From NCBI GenBank assembly GCA_963827885.1, contig CAWHDD010000011.1:44184-108183 (forward strand): 64,000 bases of DNA, read 5' to 3'. Within the stretch, counting starts at the first letter, position 1. Every line of letters starts with the position of its first letter. Origin of the DNA: an uncultured Alphaproteobacteria bacterium (GTDB lineage: Bacteria; Pseudomonadota; Alphaproteobacteria; Rhizobiales; Rhodomicrobiaceae). Shown here one piece after another: positions 53,880 through 64,000 of the stretch. The notes below the pieces were generated by a model. It saw nothing but the letters and a program-made list of their open reading frames with translations, did no database searches and was not told the origin of the DNA. The position numbers and the translations under genes were made by a program.

Positions 53880-54191
53880 TTACTTGCCCCAGCCGTTATC
53901 GTCCGGCATGTAGCCGATGCAGGCGTCCTTCACCCGGTTGTCGTGACCGATGAAATGGCAGACGTGCTGCTTCGTAGACGGGCTGTTTCTGATCGCCGAA
54001 GCGCTGACGCGCATGCCGTAACTGCGTGCGACCGCCGCCAGATTTTCATTTTCGCAATAGGGCGTGGAAACCTCCCCATGCCCTGGGATCACCTGGAGGT
54101 CTCCGTGGCAGACGATGCGGGCCTGCGCCGGCGCCGCCAGGAAGACGCCGAGAGCTACCAGCAGGCCCTTGGTAACGTGCGGATGCAACAT
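53880..54191 (-). CDS. small exported hypothetical protein
   Basis: The internal Met at 54191 is preceded by an AAGGAG RBS. The signal peptide is MLHPHVTKGLLVALGVFLAAPAQA and the mature part has 5 Cys. No family recognised. Confidence 0.55.
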   Translation of the reverse strand: MLHPHVTKGLLVALGVFLAAPAQARIVCHGDLQVIPGHGEVSTPYCENENLAAVARSYGMRVSASAIRNSPSTKQHVCHFIGHDNRVKDACIGYMPDDNGWGK

Positions 54192-54332
54192 GCGATTCTC
54201 CTTTATGCTAGTATACGCCCATCCCGGCCGCGCACGCCGGATGATGCCGGCAGTATTGGCGCGCGCCTCCATGCACGCCATATTGTGCCCTGCCCGATGC
54301 CGAAGCGCCAATCACGATCGTGACCCCCATTC

Positions 54333-55768
54333 ATGCCACGCCATGCCCTGATCCCCCTCATCGTCGCCTGCGCGCTGTTCATGGAGAATCTCGACGCGAC
54401 CGTCATCTCCACGTCGCTGCCGGCCATCGCCGCCGACCTGGGCCAGGACCCCATCGCGCTGAAGCTGGCGCTGACCAGCTATCTGCTCAGCCTCGCCGTG
54501 TTCATTCCGGTCAGCGGCTGGATGGCCGACCGCTTCGGCGCCCGCGTCATTTTCCGGGCGGCCATCGTCGTGTTCACCATGGGCTCGATCCTGTGCGGCA
54601 TGTCCACCGAGCCTGCTCTGGCTTCGTGCTGGCGCGCGTCGTTCAGGGCGCGGGCGGAGCGATGATGGTTCCGGTGGGGCGTCTGGTCATTTTGCGCAGC
54701 GTGCCGAAGTCGGAGCTGGTGTCGGCGCTCGCCTGGCTCACGATCCCCGCGCTGGTCGGCCCGATCATGGGGCCGCTGCTCGGCGGATTCATCACCACCT
54801 ACTTCAACTGGCGCTGGATCTTCTTCATCAACGTGCCCATCGGCCTCATCGGCATGGCTGCTGGTGAGCCGCTTCATTGACAATATCCGCGAACCGGGCA
54901 CGCCACCGCTCGACGCCAAGGGCGCCGTGCTTTCGGGCATCGGTCTGTCGGGGCTGGTGTTCGGGCTGGCGATCATGGGGCAGAATCTGCTGCCGGTCAC
55001 GGTGTCCGCCGCGATAACGGCATCGGGGCAGTCGCGACGGCGCTTTACGTGCGCCACGCCCTGACGGCGCCGCATCCGGTCATCGACCTCCGCCTGCTCG
55101 CCATCCCGACGTTCCGCGCCGGGGTGGTGGGCGCCTCGCTGTTCCGCATCGGCGTCGGCGCCATCCCGTTCCTGATGCCGCTGCTGCTTGCAGGTGGGCT
55201 TCGGGCTGTCGGCCTTCGCGTCCGGCTTGCTCACCTTCACGTCGGCGGCCGGGCGCGCTGGTGATGAAAACCACGGCCGCCCCGATCATCCGGCGCTTCG
55301 GCTTCCGCCGGGTGCTGGTCGTCAACGCCTTGATTAGCAGCGCTTTTCATGCTGGCGAACATGCTGTTTACGGCCGAACACACCGCATATCCTGGTCATC
55401 GCCCTGCACTGCTGACGGGCGGCTTCTTCCGCAGCCTCGAATTCACCGCCGTCAACGCCATCGCCTACGCCGACATCGAGCCGCAGGCCATGAGCCGGGC
55501 CACCAGTTTCGCCAGCGTGGCCCAGCAGGTGTCGCTTTCGCTGGGGGTGGCCGATCGGCGCGCTGGCGCTGGAGGTGGTGCGGGCGTTGAAGGCTCAGCC
55601 CGTTCTGGCGGCGGACGATTTCGGTCCGGCCTTTTTCGTGGTGGCGGCCATCACGGCGGCGTCGGCCTTGCTCTTCGCCATGTTGCCGCCCGATGCGGGA
55701 GCGGCGTTGTCCGGTCGGCGAAGCAAGCCGCCGCGCGCGCGGAATCGGAAGCAGCAGGCCAGGTGTAG
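54333..55768 (+). pseudogene. MFS transporter, DHA2 (EmrB/QacA)-like, at least 6 frameshifts
   Basis: MPRHALIPLIVACALFMENLDATVISTSLPAIAADLGQDPIALKLALTSYLLSLAVFIPVSGWMADRFGARVIF is the intact N-terminus. Later TM segments lie in alternating frames (ORFs 54320-54880, 54864-, 55049-, 55261-, 55349-55768), for example GGAMMVPVGRLVILRSVPKSEL and NWRWIFFINVPIGLIG. Confidence 0.8.
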
Positions 55769-55966
55769 GGTGCCGCTCTCCGGCCATGGCGGCCTGCTTA
55801 TCGCCGGCATGAGCATCGCACCAGCGTTCTGTTGTCCCGCTCAATTCACATCACAAAAAAGGCATTTCCGCCAAGCGGGTTACACCGCGCCGCCGTTTGA
55901 CAATGACAGTTCATCATGCTGATACTTAGCCAATTATATAAGCGGGGAAGCGCGGGGAGTGCCGGC

Positions 55967-57455
<1,489 letters not shown>

Positions 57456-57490
57456 GACAAAACCTCGCAAAACAACGGAGGACTGAAAAA

Positions 57491-58693
57491 ATGATGAAAT
57501 CTCTGCTCGCGGGTGCCGTGGCGCTGCTCATCGGGGCAACCGCCGCTTCGGCTGAGACTACCATCAAGATCGGCGTGCTGAACGACCGTTCGGGCACCTA
57601 TTCGGATTTGTCGGGTGAGGGTTCCGTGGTTGCGGCCAAGATGGCGGTGGAGGATTTCAAGGCGGCGGAGAAGGGGCTGAAGGTGGACGTCATCGGCGGC
57701 GACCATCAGAACAAGCCGGACGTCGGCTCGCAGATCGCGCGCCAATGGTACGACCAGGAGGGCGTTGACGTCATCGTGGACACGCCGACATCTTCGGTGG
57801 CGCTGGCCGTCAGCCAGATCACCAAGGAGAAGAACAAGATTTTCCTGGTTTCGGGCGCGGCCGCATCCGATCTCACGGGCAAATCCTGCAACGCCAATAC
57901 GCTGCATTGGACCTATGACACCTGGGCGCTGGCGCACGGCACCGGCATGGCCATGGTGAAGACCGGCGGCGATACCTGGTTTTTCCTCACCGCCGACTAC
58001 GCCTTCGGCAAGGCGCTGGAGCGCGACACCGCCGACGTGGTGCGGGCGACGGGCGGCAAGGTGCTCGGCTCGGTGGCCCATCCGTTCCCCGGACAGGACT
58101 TCTCGTCCTTCCTGCTCCAGGCTCAGGCTTCCGGCGCCAAGGTCATTGGCCTCGCCAATGCGGGTGCCGACACCACCGGCGCCATCAAGCAGGCGGCTGA
58201 ATTCGGCATCACGCAAGGGGGGCAAAGCCTCGCCGGGCTGCTGGTGTTCATCACCGACGTGCATGCGCTCGGCTTGAAGACGGCGCAGGGGCTGGTGCTG
58301 ACGGAGTCGTTTTACTGGGATCTGAACGACGACACGCGCGCGTGGTCGAAGCGTTTCGGCGAGCGTCACGGCGGCAAGATGCCGACCATGGTACATGCGG
58401 GCGTCTATTCGGCGGTGACGCATTACCTGAAATCCGTGGCGGCGCAGAATGGCGACAAAGACCCGGCCAAGGTTGTCGCCAAGATGAAGGAAACCGAGAC
58501 CGACGATCCGGTGTTCGGCAAGGGCAAGGTCCGCGCCGATGGCCGCAAGATCCATCCGATGTATCTGTTCAAGGTGAAGAAGCCCGACGAGTCGAAAGGC
58601 GCGTGGGACTATTACACCAAGCTGGCGACGATTCCGGCTGAAGAAGCCTTCCGCCCGATGAAGGACGGCGGCTGTCCGCTGGTTGCGCAGTAG
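57491..58693 (+). CDS. ABC transporter periplasmic substrate-binding protein (LivJ/K superfamily)
   Basis: Signal peptide MMKSLLAGAVALLIGATAASA, followed by a type-I PBP fold (TIKIGVLNDRSGTYSDLSGEGS...). Intact, about 400 aa. Confidence 0.85.
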   Translation: MMKSLLAGAVALLIGATAASAETTIKIGVLNDRSGTYSDLSGEGSVVAAKMAVEDFKAAEKGLKVDVIGGDHQNKPDVGSQIARQWYDQEGVDVIVDTPTSSVALAVSQITKEKNKIFLVSGAAASDLTGKSCNANTLHWTYDTWALAHGTGMAMVKTGGDTWFFLTADYAFGKALERDTADVVRATGGKVLGSVAHPFPGQDFSSFLLQAQASGAKVIGLANAGADTTGAIKQAAEFGITQGGQSLAGLLVFITDVHALGLKTAQGLVLTESFYWDLNDDTRAWSKRFGERHGGKMPTMVHAGVYSAVTHYLKSVAAQNGDKDPAKVVAKMKETETDDPVFGKGKVRADGRKIHPMYLFKVKKPDESKGAWDYYTKLATIPAEEAFRPMKDGGCPLVAQ

Positions 58694-58776
58694 CAGACTA
58701 CGGGGAGGCGCGCTTTCGCCGTCAGGGCGGAGGCCGCTTCCCTTCCATCAGACGATTGCGCCGGGGGCCAAAGCGG

Positions 58777-59664
58777 ATGCTCGATATTTTCGGTATTTCA
58801 TCGAACGCGCTGTTCGGGCAGTTGCTGCTCGGCCTCATCAACGGCTCGTTCTACGCGCTGCTGAGCCTCGGCCTCGCCATCATCTTCGGCCTGCTGAACA
58901 TCATCAACTTCGCCCACGGCGCCTTCTACATGATGGGCGCTTTCGCCGCCTGGATGCTGCTCAACTACGCGGGGATCGGTTACTGGTACGCCCTGCTGCT
59001 GGCGCCGCTGATCGTGGGCGCGCTCGGCGTCATCGTGGAGCGGCTGTTCCTGTCGCGGCTCTATCACGCCGACCATCTTTACGGGCTGCTGCTGACCTTC
59101 GGCCTCGCGCTCATCGCCCAAGGCGTTTTCCGCTACAACTACGGCATATCGGGCCTGCCTTACGAAATTCCCTCCGCGCTGGTGGGGGCCAAGAATCTCG
59201 GCTTCATGTTCATGCCCTATTACCGGGGCTGGGTGGTGGCCTGTTCGCTCACCGTCTGCCTGCTCACCTGGCTGGTCATCGAGAAGACTAAGCTCGGCGC
59301 ATACCTGCGGGCGGCGACGGAAAATGCCACGCTGACCGGCGCCTTCGGCATCAACGTACCGCTGCTGGTGACGCTGACCTATGGCTTCGGCGTGGCGCTG
59401 GCTGGCCTCGCGGGCGTGCTGGCGGCGCCGATTTATCCGGTGAACCCGGAAATGGGCGCGCATCTGATTATCGTCGTGTTCGCCGTGGTGGTCATCGGCG
59501 GCATGGGCTCGATACTCGGCTCCGTCGTCACCGGCTTCGGCCTGGGCGTCGTCGAGGGGCTGACCAAGTATTTCTACCCTGAAGCGGCCTCCACCGCCGT
59601 ATTCGTCATCATGACCATCGTGCTGCTGATCCGGCCAGCCGGGCTTTTCGGGAGGACCGCGTAA
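58777..59664 (+). CDS. livH: branched-chain amino acid-type ABC transporter permease
   Basis: MLDIFGISSNALFGQLLLGLINGSFYALLSLGLAIIFGLLNIINFAHGAFYMMGAF is the typical LivH N-terminus. Intact. Confidence 0.9.
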   Translation: MLDIFGISSNALFGQLLLGLINGSFYALLSLGLAIIFGLLNIINFAHGAFYMMGAFAAWMLLNYAGIGYWYALLLAPLIVGALGVIVERLFLSRLYHADHLYGLLLTFGLALIAQGVFRYNYGISGLPYEIPSALVGAKNLGFMFMPYYRGWVVACSLTVCLLTWLVIEKTKLGAYLRAATENATLTGAFGINVPLLVTLTYGFGVALAGLAGVLAAPIYPVNPEMGAHLIIVVFAVVVIGGMGSILGSVVTGFGLGVVEGLTKYFYPEAASTAVFVIMTIVLLIRPAGLFGRTA

Positions 59665-60707
59665 TGACCGTCACCGCCACGGCCAGCAAACAGGCGGGGG
59701 GCGCGGCTCTCCTCCACGGGACCGCCAGCGCCGCGCGGCTGCATCTGGTGATCCTCATCGGCATCGCCGCGCTGCTCTCGGTGGCGCCGCTCGTGGTCTA
59801 CCCTGTGTTCCTGATGCAGATTCTGTGTTTCGCGCTGTTCGCCTGCGCCTTCAATCTGCTGCTGGGCTATGGCGGGCTGCTGTCGTTCGGCCACGCGGCA
59901 TTTTTCGGCGGAGCGGCCTATGTCTCCGCCTATCTCGCCCGGCATTGGCATGCGCCGCCCGAAGTCGCCATCCTGAGCGGTACGGCGGCGGCGGCGGCGC
60001 TGGGCCTCGTGTTCGGCGCGCTGGCCATCCGCCGCCAGGGCATCTATTTCGCCATGATTACGCTGGCCCTGGCGCAGATGCTGTATTTCTTCTGCATACA
60101 GACGCGCTACACCGGCGGCGAGGACGGCATTCAGGCCGTGCCGCGCGGGCATCTGTTCGGCTTCATCGACCTCTCCAGCGACACCACCTTCGCCTATGTC
60201 GTCGCCGTCATTTTCATGGCGGGGCTGCTGGCCATCTACCGCATCGTGCATTCGCCGTTCGGGCAGGTGCTGAAGGCCATCCGCGACAACGAGCCGCGCG
60301 CCATTTCCCTCGGCTACAAAACGGCGCGTTACAAGCTCATGGTTTTCGTGCTGTCGGCGGCGCTGGCGGGTCTTGCCGGTTCCACCAAGGCCATCGTCTT
60401 CCAGCTCGCCTCGCTCACCGATGTGCACTGGATGATGTCCGGCGAAGTGATCCTGATGACGCTGGTGGGCGGCATGGGCACCATTTTCGGCCCCATCACC
60501 GGCGCCATGGTTATCGTATCCATGCAGTATTATCTGGGTAAAATCGGCACAATCGTGCTGACGGTGCCGGGGCTGGCGCTGACGCTGACACTCAATCTCG
60601 GCGAATGGATCACCATTTTGCAGGGCGTCATCTTCGTGGCCTGCGTGATACTGTTCCGCGACGGTCTGGTGGGGCTGATCGCGAAGAAGATAAAACAGCC
60701 GCTTTGA
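59664..60707 (+). CDS. livM: branched-chain amino acid-type ABC transporter permease
   Basis: 347-aa intact ORF. Contains LLLGYGGLLSFGHAAFFGGAAY and GGEDGI. ATGA-type junction with livH. Confidence 0.9.
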   Translation: MTVTATASKQAGGAALLHGTASAARLHLVILIGIAALLSVAPLVVYPVFLMQILCFALFACAFNLLLGYGGLLSFGHAAFFGGAAYVSAYLARHWHAPPEVAILSGTAAAAALGLVFGALAIRRQGIYFAMITLALAQMLYFFCIQTRYTGGEDGIQAVPRGHLFGFIDLSSDTTFAYVVAVIFMAGLLAIYRIVHSPFGQVLKAIRDNEPRAISLGYKTARYKLMVFVLSAALAGLAGSTKAIVFQLASLTDVHWMMSGEVILMTLVGGMGTIFGPITGAMVIVSMQYYLGKIGTIVLTVPGLALTLTLNLGEWITILQGVIFVACVILFRDGLVGLIAKKIKQPL

Positions 60708-60827
60708 CGGCGTTTCGCGGATTTCCCCAGGTTTGGCGATTCTCTTCAGGTTGCGTTAAGCCTCGATAAGGCACAGCCTGGGATACTCACGCCCGTATTT
60801 CACATCGGCGCCAATCAGCGAGGGCAC

Positions 60828-63588
60828 ATGGCCCCAAATAATTCACGAGATACACCGGCGTCCCACGCCGGAAGCCCTGCTCGAAGAGGCCAACCGCGAA
60901 CGCCGCGGAAAGCTGAAGATCTTTCTCGGCGCCTATCCTGGCGTCGGCAAGACCTATTCCATGCTCGAAGCGGCGCAGGCGCATGTGCGCGAGGGCATGG
61001 ATGTGGTCGTCGGCGTGGTCGAGACGCACGGCCGCGCCGAAACCGAGGCGCTGTTACGGGGCCTGGAGATCGTCCCGCGCCAGCAGGTGTAGTATCGCGG
61101 GCCGCTATTTCGGCGAGATGGACATCGACGCGCCTTCTGAAGCGCAAGCCGAAGGTCGTGCTGGTCGACGAACTGGCGCACACCAACATCCCCGGCAGCC
61201 GCCACGAAAAGCGCTATCAGGACGTTGAAGACCTGCTGACCGCCGGCATCGACGTTTACACCACGCTCAACATTCAGCACATCGAGAGCCTGAACGACGT
61301 GGTGGCGCGCATCGCCCGCATTCAGGTGCGCGAGACGCTGCCCGACAAGGTGCTGGAGCTGGCGAGCGAAATCGAGCTGGTGGACCTGCCGCCCGACGAT
61401 CTCATCCAGCGCCTGCGCCAGGGCAAGGTTTACATGCCCGAGCAGGCGGGCGCGCGCCATCGTGCACTTCTTCAGCAAGGGCAATCTGACCGCCCTGCGC
61501 GAACTGGCCATGCGCATCGCCGCGGAGCGTGTGGACGCGCAGATGGTCAACTACATGCGCGCGCACGCCATTCCCGGCCCGTGGCCGGCGCAGGACCGCT
61601 TGCTGGTCTGCCTCAACGAGTCGCCCGTGCCAAGCGCCTCGTGCGCACCGCCCGCCGCATGGCCGAGCGCGCCGCGCATCCCGTGGATCGCGCTTTATGT
61701 CCGCACACCGCATTACGACAGCCTGTCCGACGCCGCGAAAAACCGCATCGCCGAGACGCTGCGTCTGGCCGAACGCCTGGAGGGCGAGGTCGTCACGCAT
61801 CCACGTCGAGTCGCATGTGGCGGACGAAGATCATCGCCTATCGCGCTGAAGCGCAACGTTACGCGCATCCTGGTCGGGCGCCAGCGCGCCGCGCCGTGTG
61901 GACCGGGTTGTTCCGCGAGACGGTGGCGCAGGAGATTGCTGCGCAAGGCGACCAAGTTTGAAGTGACGATCATTTCGCCCGAGGAAGAGAAGAACCGCGC
62001 AAGGACGATCATCGGCGGCGGCGTGCTTAAGTTCGCTGGCGTTGGGACGAATACGCGCTGGCGACGGCGAGCGTGCTCGTCGGCCGGCCCTAGCGTATGG
62101 TGTCGACAGATTCTTGCCGCTGCCAAATACATCTCCTTATTATTCATGATGGCAGTCATCCTGGTGGCCATCAATAACGGTCTGTGGCCGTCGCTTTACG
62201 CCAGCTTCCTTGAGCTTTTTCGTCCTATTACTTTCTCTTCACACCAGCAGTGCGACCTCTCTGGTTTTCGACAGCGACGATGTGTTGACGCTCGTTCCTG
62301 TTCCTGATGTCGTCGGTCGTGGTCGGCAACATGGCTTCGCGGATGCGGATACAGATCGCAGTCCATGCGCCCTCGGCGCAGCGCACCGCCAATCTTTACG
62401 AATTCAGCCGCAAGATCGCCGCCGCCGCCTCGCTGGACGATGTGTTGTGGGCCGCCGTGCATCACGTCGCTTCGACGCTGCAATCGCCGTGCGCTGGTGC
62501 TGTTGCCGCGACGCCGAAAAGCGTCTGCAGGTGGCATCGGGCTATCCGCCAGAGGACCAGCTCGAACTGAAGGACTGGGGCGCGGCGGAATGGGCGTGGG
62601 AGCATGGCCGTCCCGCGGCTGGAAGCTCGGACACGCTGCCCGCCGCCGACTGGCTGTTCCTGCCGATGAAAACCCGGCGCGGCATGGTCGGGCCTGCTGG
62701 CGCGTGTCGTTCAAGGACCGCAGCGCGCCGCTGACGCCGGATCAATGGCGCCTGCTGGATGCGCTGGTCGGATCAGGTGGCGGTTGCGGTGGAGCGCACC
62801 AATCTCGCCTCCGACATCGAGGAAGCGCGGCTGCTCACCGAAACCGAGCAATTGCGCTCGGCGCTGCTGTCGTCGGTTTCGCACGATCTGCGCACGCCGC
62901 TGGTGTCCATCGTCGGTTCGGCGACGACGCTTGCACACTGTGGCAAGCTGTCCACGAAACAGCCGCGAGGAACTGGTCCACACGATCCTGGACGAAAGCG
63001 AGCGCCTCAACCGCTTCGTGCAGAACCTGCTCGACATGACGCGGCTTGGCTATGGCGCGCTACAGCCGAAACGCGAGTGGTACGACCTGCGCGAAATCGG
63101 CGGGCGCGCCATGAAGCAGCTTCGCAAGGTCATCGGCGGCCGCCAGCTCAATGTCGATATACCCGACAGCCTGCCGCGATGTTCATTGATCCGGTATTAA
63201 TCGAACAGGTGATGGTCAACATCCTGGATAACGCCGCGAAATATACAAAGCCGGACGGAGTCATCAGCATCGACGCAACACAGCGGACAACGACCTGGTG
63301 GTTCGCATTTCGGACAATGGCCGGGGGATTCCGGCGCCGTCGCGCAACGCGGTATTCGACATCTTTTACCGCGTGCGCGCCGGTGACAGCCAGGTGGCGG
63401 GGACGGGGCTTGGCCTGTCCATCTGCCGTGGTATCGTCGAGGCCCATGGCGGCCGCATCCTGGCGCGGGACGGACCGGGCGGCAAAGGCACCACAATCGA
63501 GTTCGTCCTGCCGCTCAAGGCGATGCCGGAACTCGTCGAGACACATGATGAGCTGGAGCCGAAGAAAAAGCATCCGGCCGCGCACTGA
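60828..63588 (+). pseudogene. kdpD: sensor histidine kinase KdpD, many frameshifts plus an in-frame TAG (61090-61092)
   Basis: The N-terminal KdpD domain (RGKLKIFLGAYPGVGKTYSMLEAAQAHVREGMDVVVGVVETHGRAETEALL...VVLVDELAHTNIPGSRHEKRYQDVEDLLTAGIDVYTTLNIQHIESLND), Usp-like, TM and GAF-like parts, the HisKA domain (SALLSSVSHDLRTPL) and the HATPase domain (DNGRGIP...GTGLGLSICRGIVEAHGG) are all recoverable only by frame switching. Confidence 0.85.
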
Positions 63589-63644
63589 GAGGAGAACAGC
63601 CCCAGGAATGATGTGGGAACAATAACAAGAGGGAAAACAACCCA

Positions 63645-64000
63645 TTGAGTACACAGCCGAATATCCTGGCGCGCATCCTGGTGGTTGACGACGAGCCGCA
63701 GATCCGCCGCTTCCTGCGCATCAGCCTCTCGGCCCACGGCTACGGTGTGCTGGAAGCCGGGCGGGGCGCGGATGGCATCAAGAAATGCGCTGCCGAAAAG
63801 CCGTCGCTGGTCATCCTCGACCTGGGGCTGCCCGATATGGACGGCCTCGATGTGGTTGCCGCCATCCGCGAGCGGTCGCAGGTGCCGATTGTGGTGCTGT
63901 CGGTGCGCAGCTCGGAGCAGGACAAGATTACCGCGCTGGATCGCGGCGCCAACGACTATGTGGCCAAGCCGTTCGGCATCGGCGAACTGCTGGCGCGGGT
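63645..64000 (+). CDS. kdpE: OmpR-family response regulator KdpE (5' part; runs off window end)
   Basis: From TTG at 63645: LSTQPNILARILVVDDEPQIRRFLRISLSAHGYGVLEAGRG...LVILDLGLPDMDGLDVV...DDYVAKPF is a receiver domain. It lies directly after kdpD. Confidence 0.85.
   Translation, partial: MSTQPNILARILVVDDEPQIRRFLRISLSAHGYGVLEAGRGADGIKKCAAEKPSLVILDLGLPDMDGLDVVAAIRERSQVPIVVLSVRSSEQDKITALDRGANDYVAKPFGIGELLAR

Overview
This is a high-GC chromosomal segment, by eye in the mid-60s % GC. Gene content and synteny look alphaproteobacterial, Hyphomicrobiales/Rhizobiales-like: rplM-rpsI, split pntAA-pntAB-pntB, DUF2007/methyltransferase/ispB, and a form-IC-type RuBisCO. I cannot name the species. Layout: (i) 0-7.8 kb holds small metabolic and housekeeping genes. 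(ii) 7.9-12.1 kb holds an RND efflux pair. (iii) 12.3-22.9 kb holds an uptake locus: a DUF2946-like protein, a TonB-dependent receptor, a secreted CobN-like chelatase, an ExbB-like protein and a DUF2149-like protein, followed by canonical exbB-exbD-tonB. (iv) 23-40 kb holds mixed housekeeping genes: a DsrC-like protein, ispB, the pnt operon, folK, NYN, UDG family 5, EndoV-like, uvrC, LolA-like and xthA. (v) 40.4-52.3 kb holds a complete Calvin-cycle regulon: cbbR, then divergently cbbF-cbbP-cbbT-pgk-cbbA-cbbL-cbbS-(NUDIX)-cbbX-rpe. (vi) The remainder holds tRNA-Asn, a GT61-like glycosyltransferase, an MFS pump, a Liv-type ABC importer and kdpD-kdpE. I saw no transposase, integrase, phage gene, CRISPR array or rRNA. 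About 17 genes have reading frames broken by many single-base indels, and these cluster in six patches. Long genes between the patches are perfectly intact. The broken genes include ispB and uvrC, so I favour unpolished consensus errors over real pseudogenes, but only read-level data can decide. The most interesting biology is the extracytoplasmic CobN-like/TBDR/ExbB-like/DUF2149 module, which carries an internal PSGRPQTAE tandem-repeat insert. Next are one or two orphan sRNA candidates with C-rich anti-Shine-Dalgarno-like loops, and several families of long extragenic hairpins.
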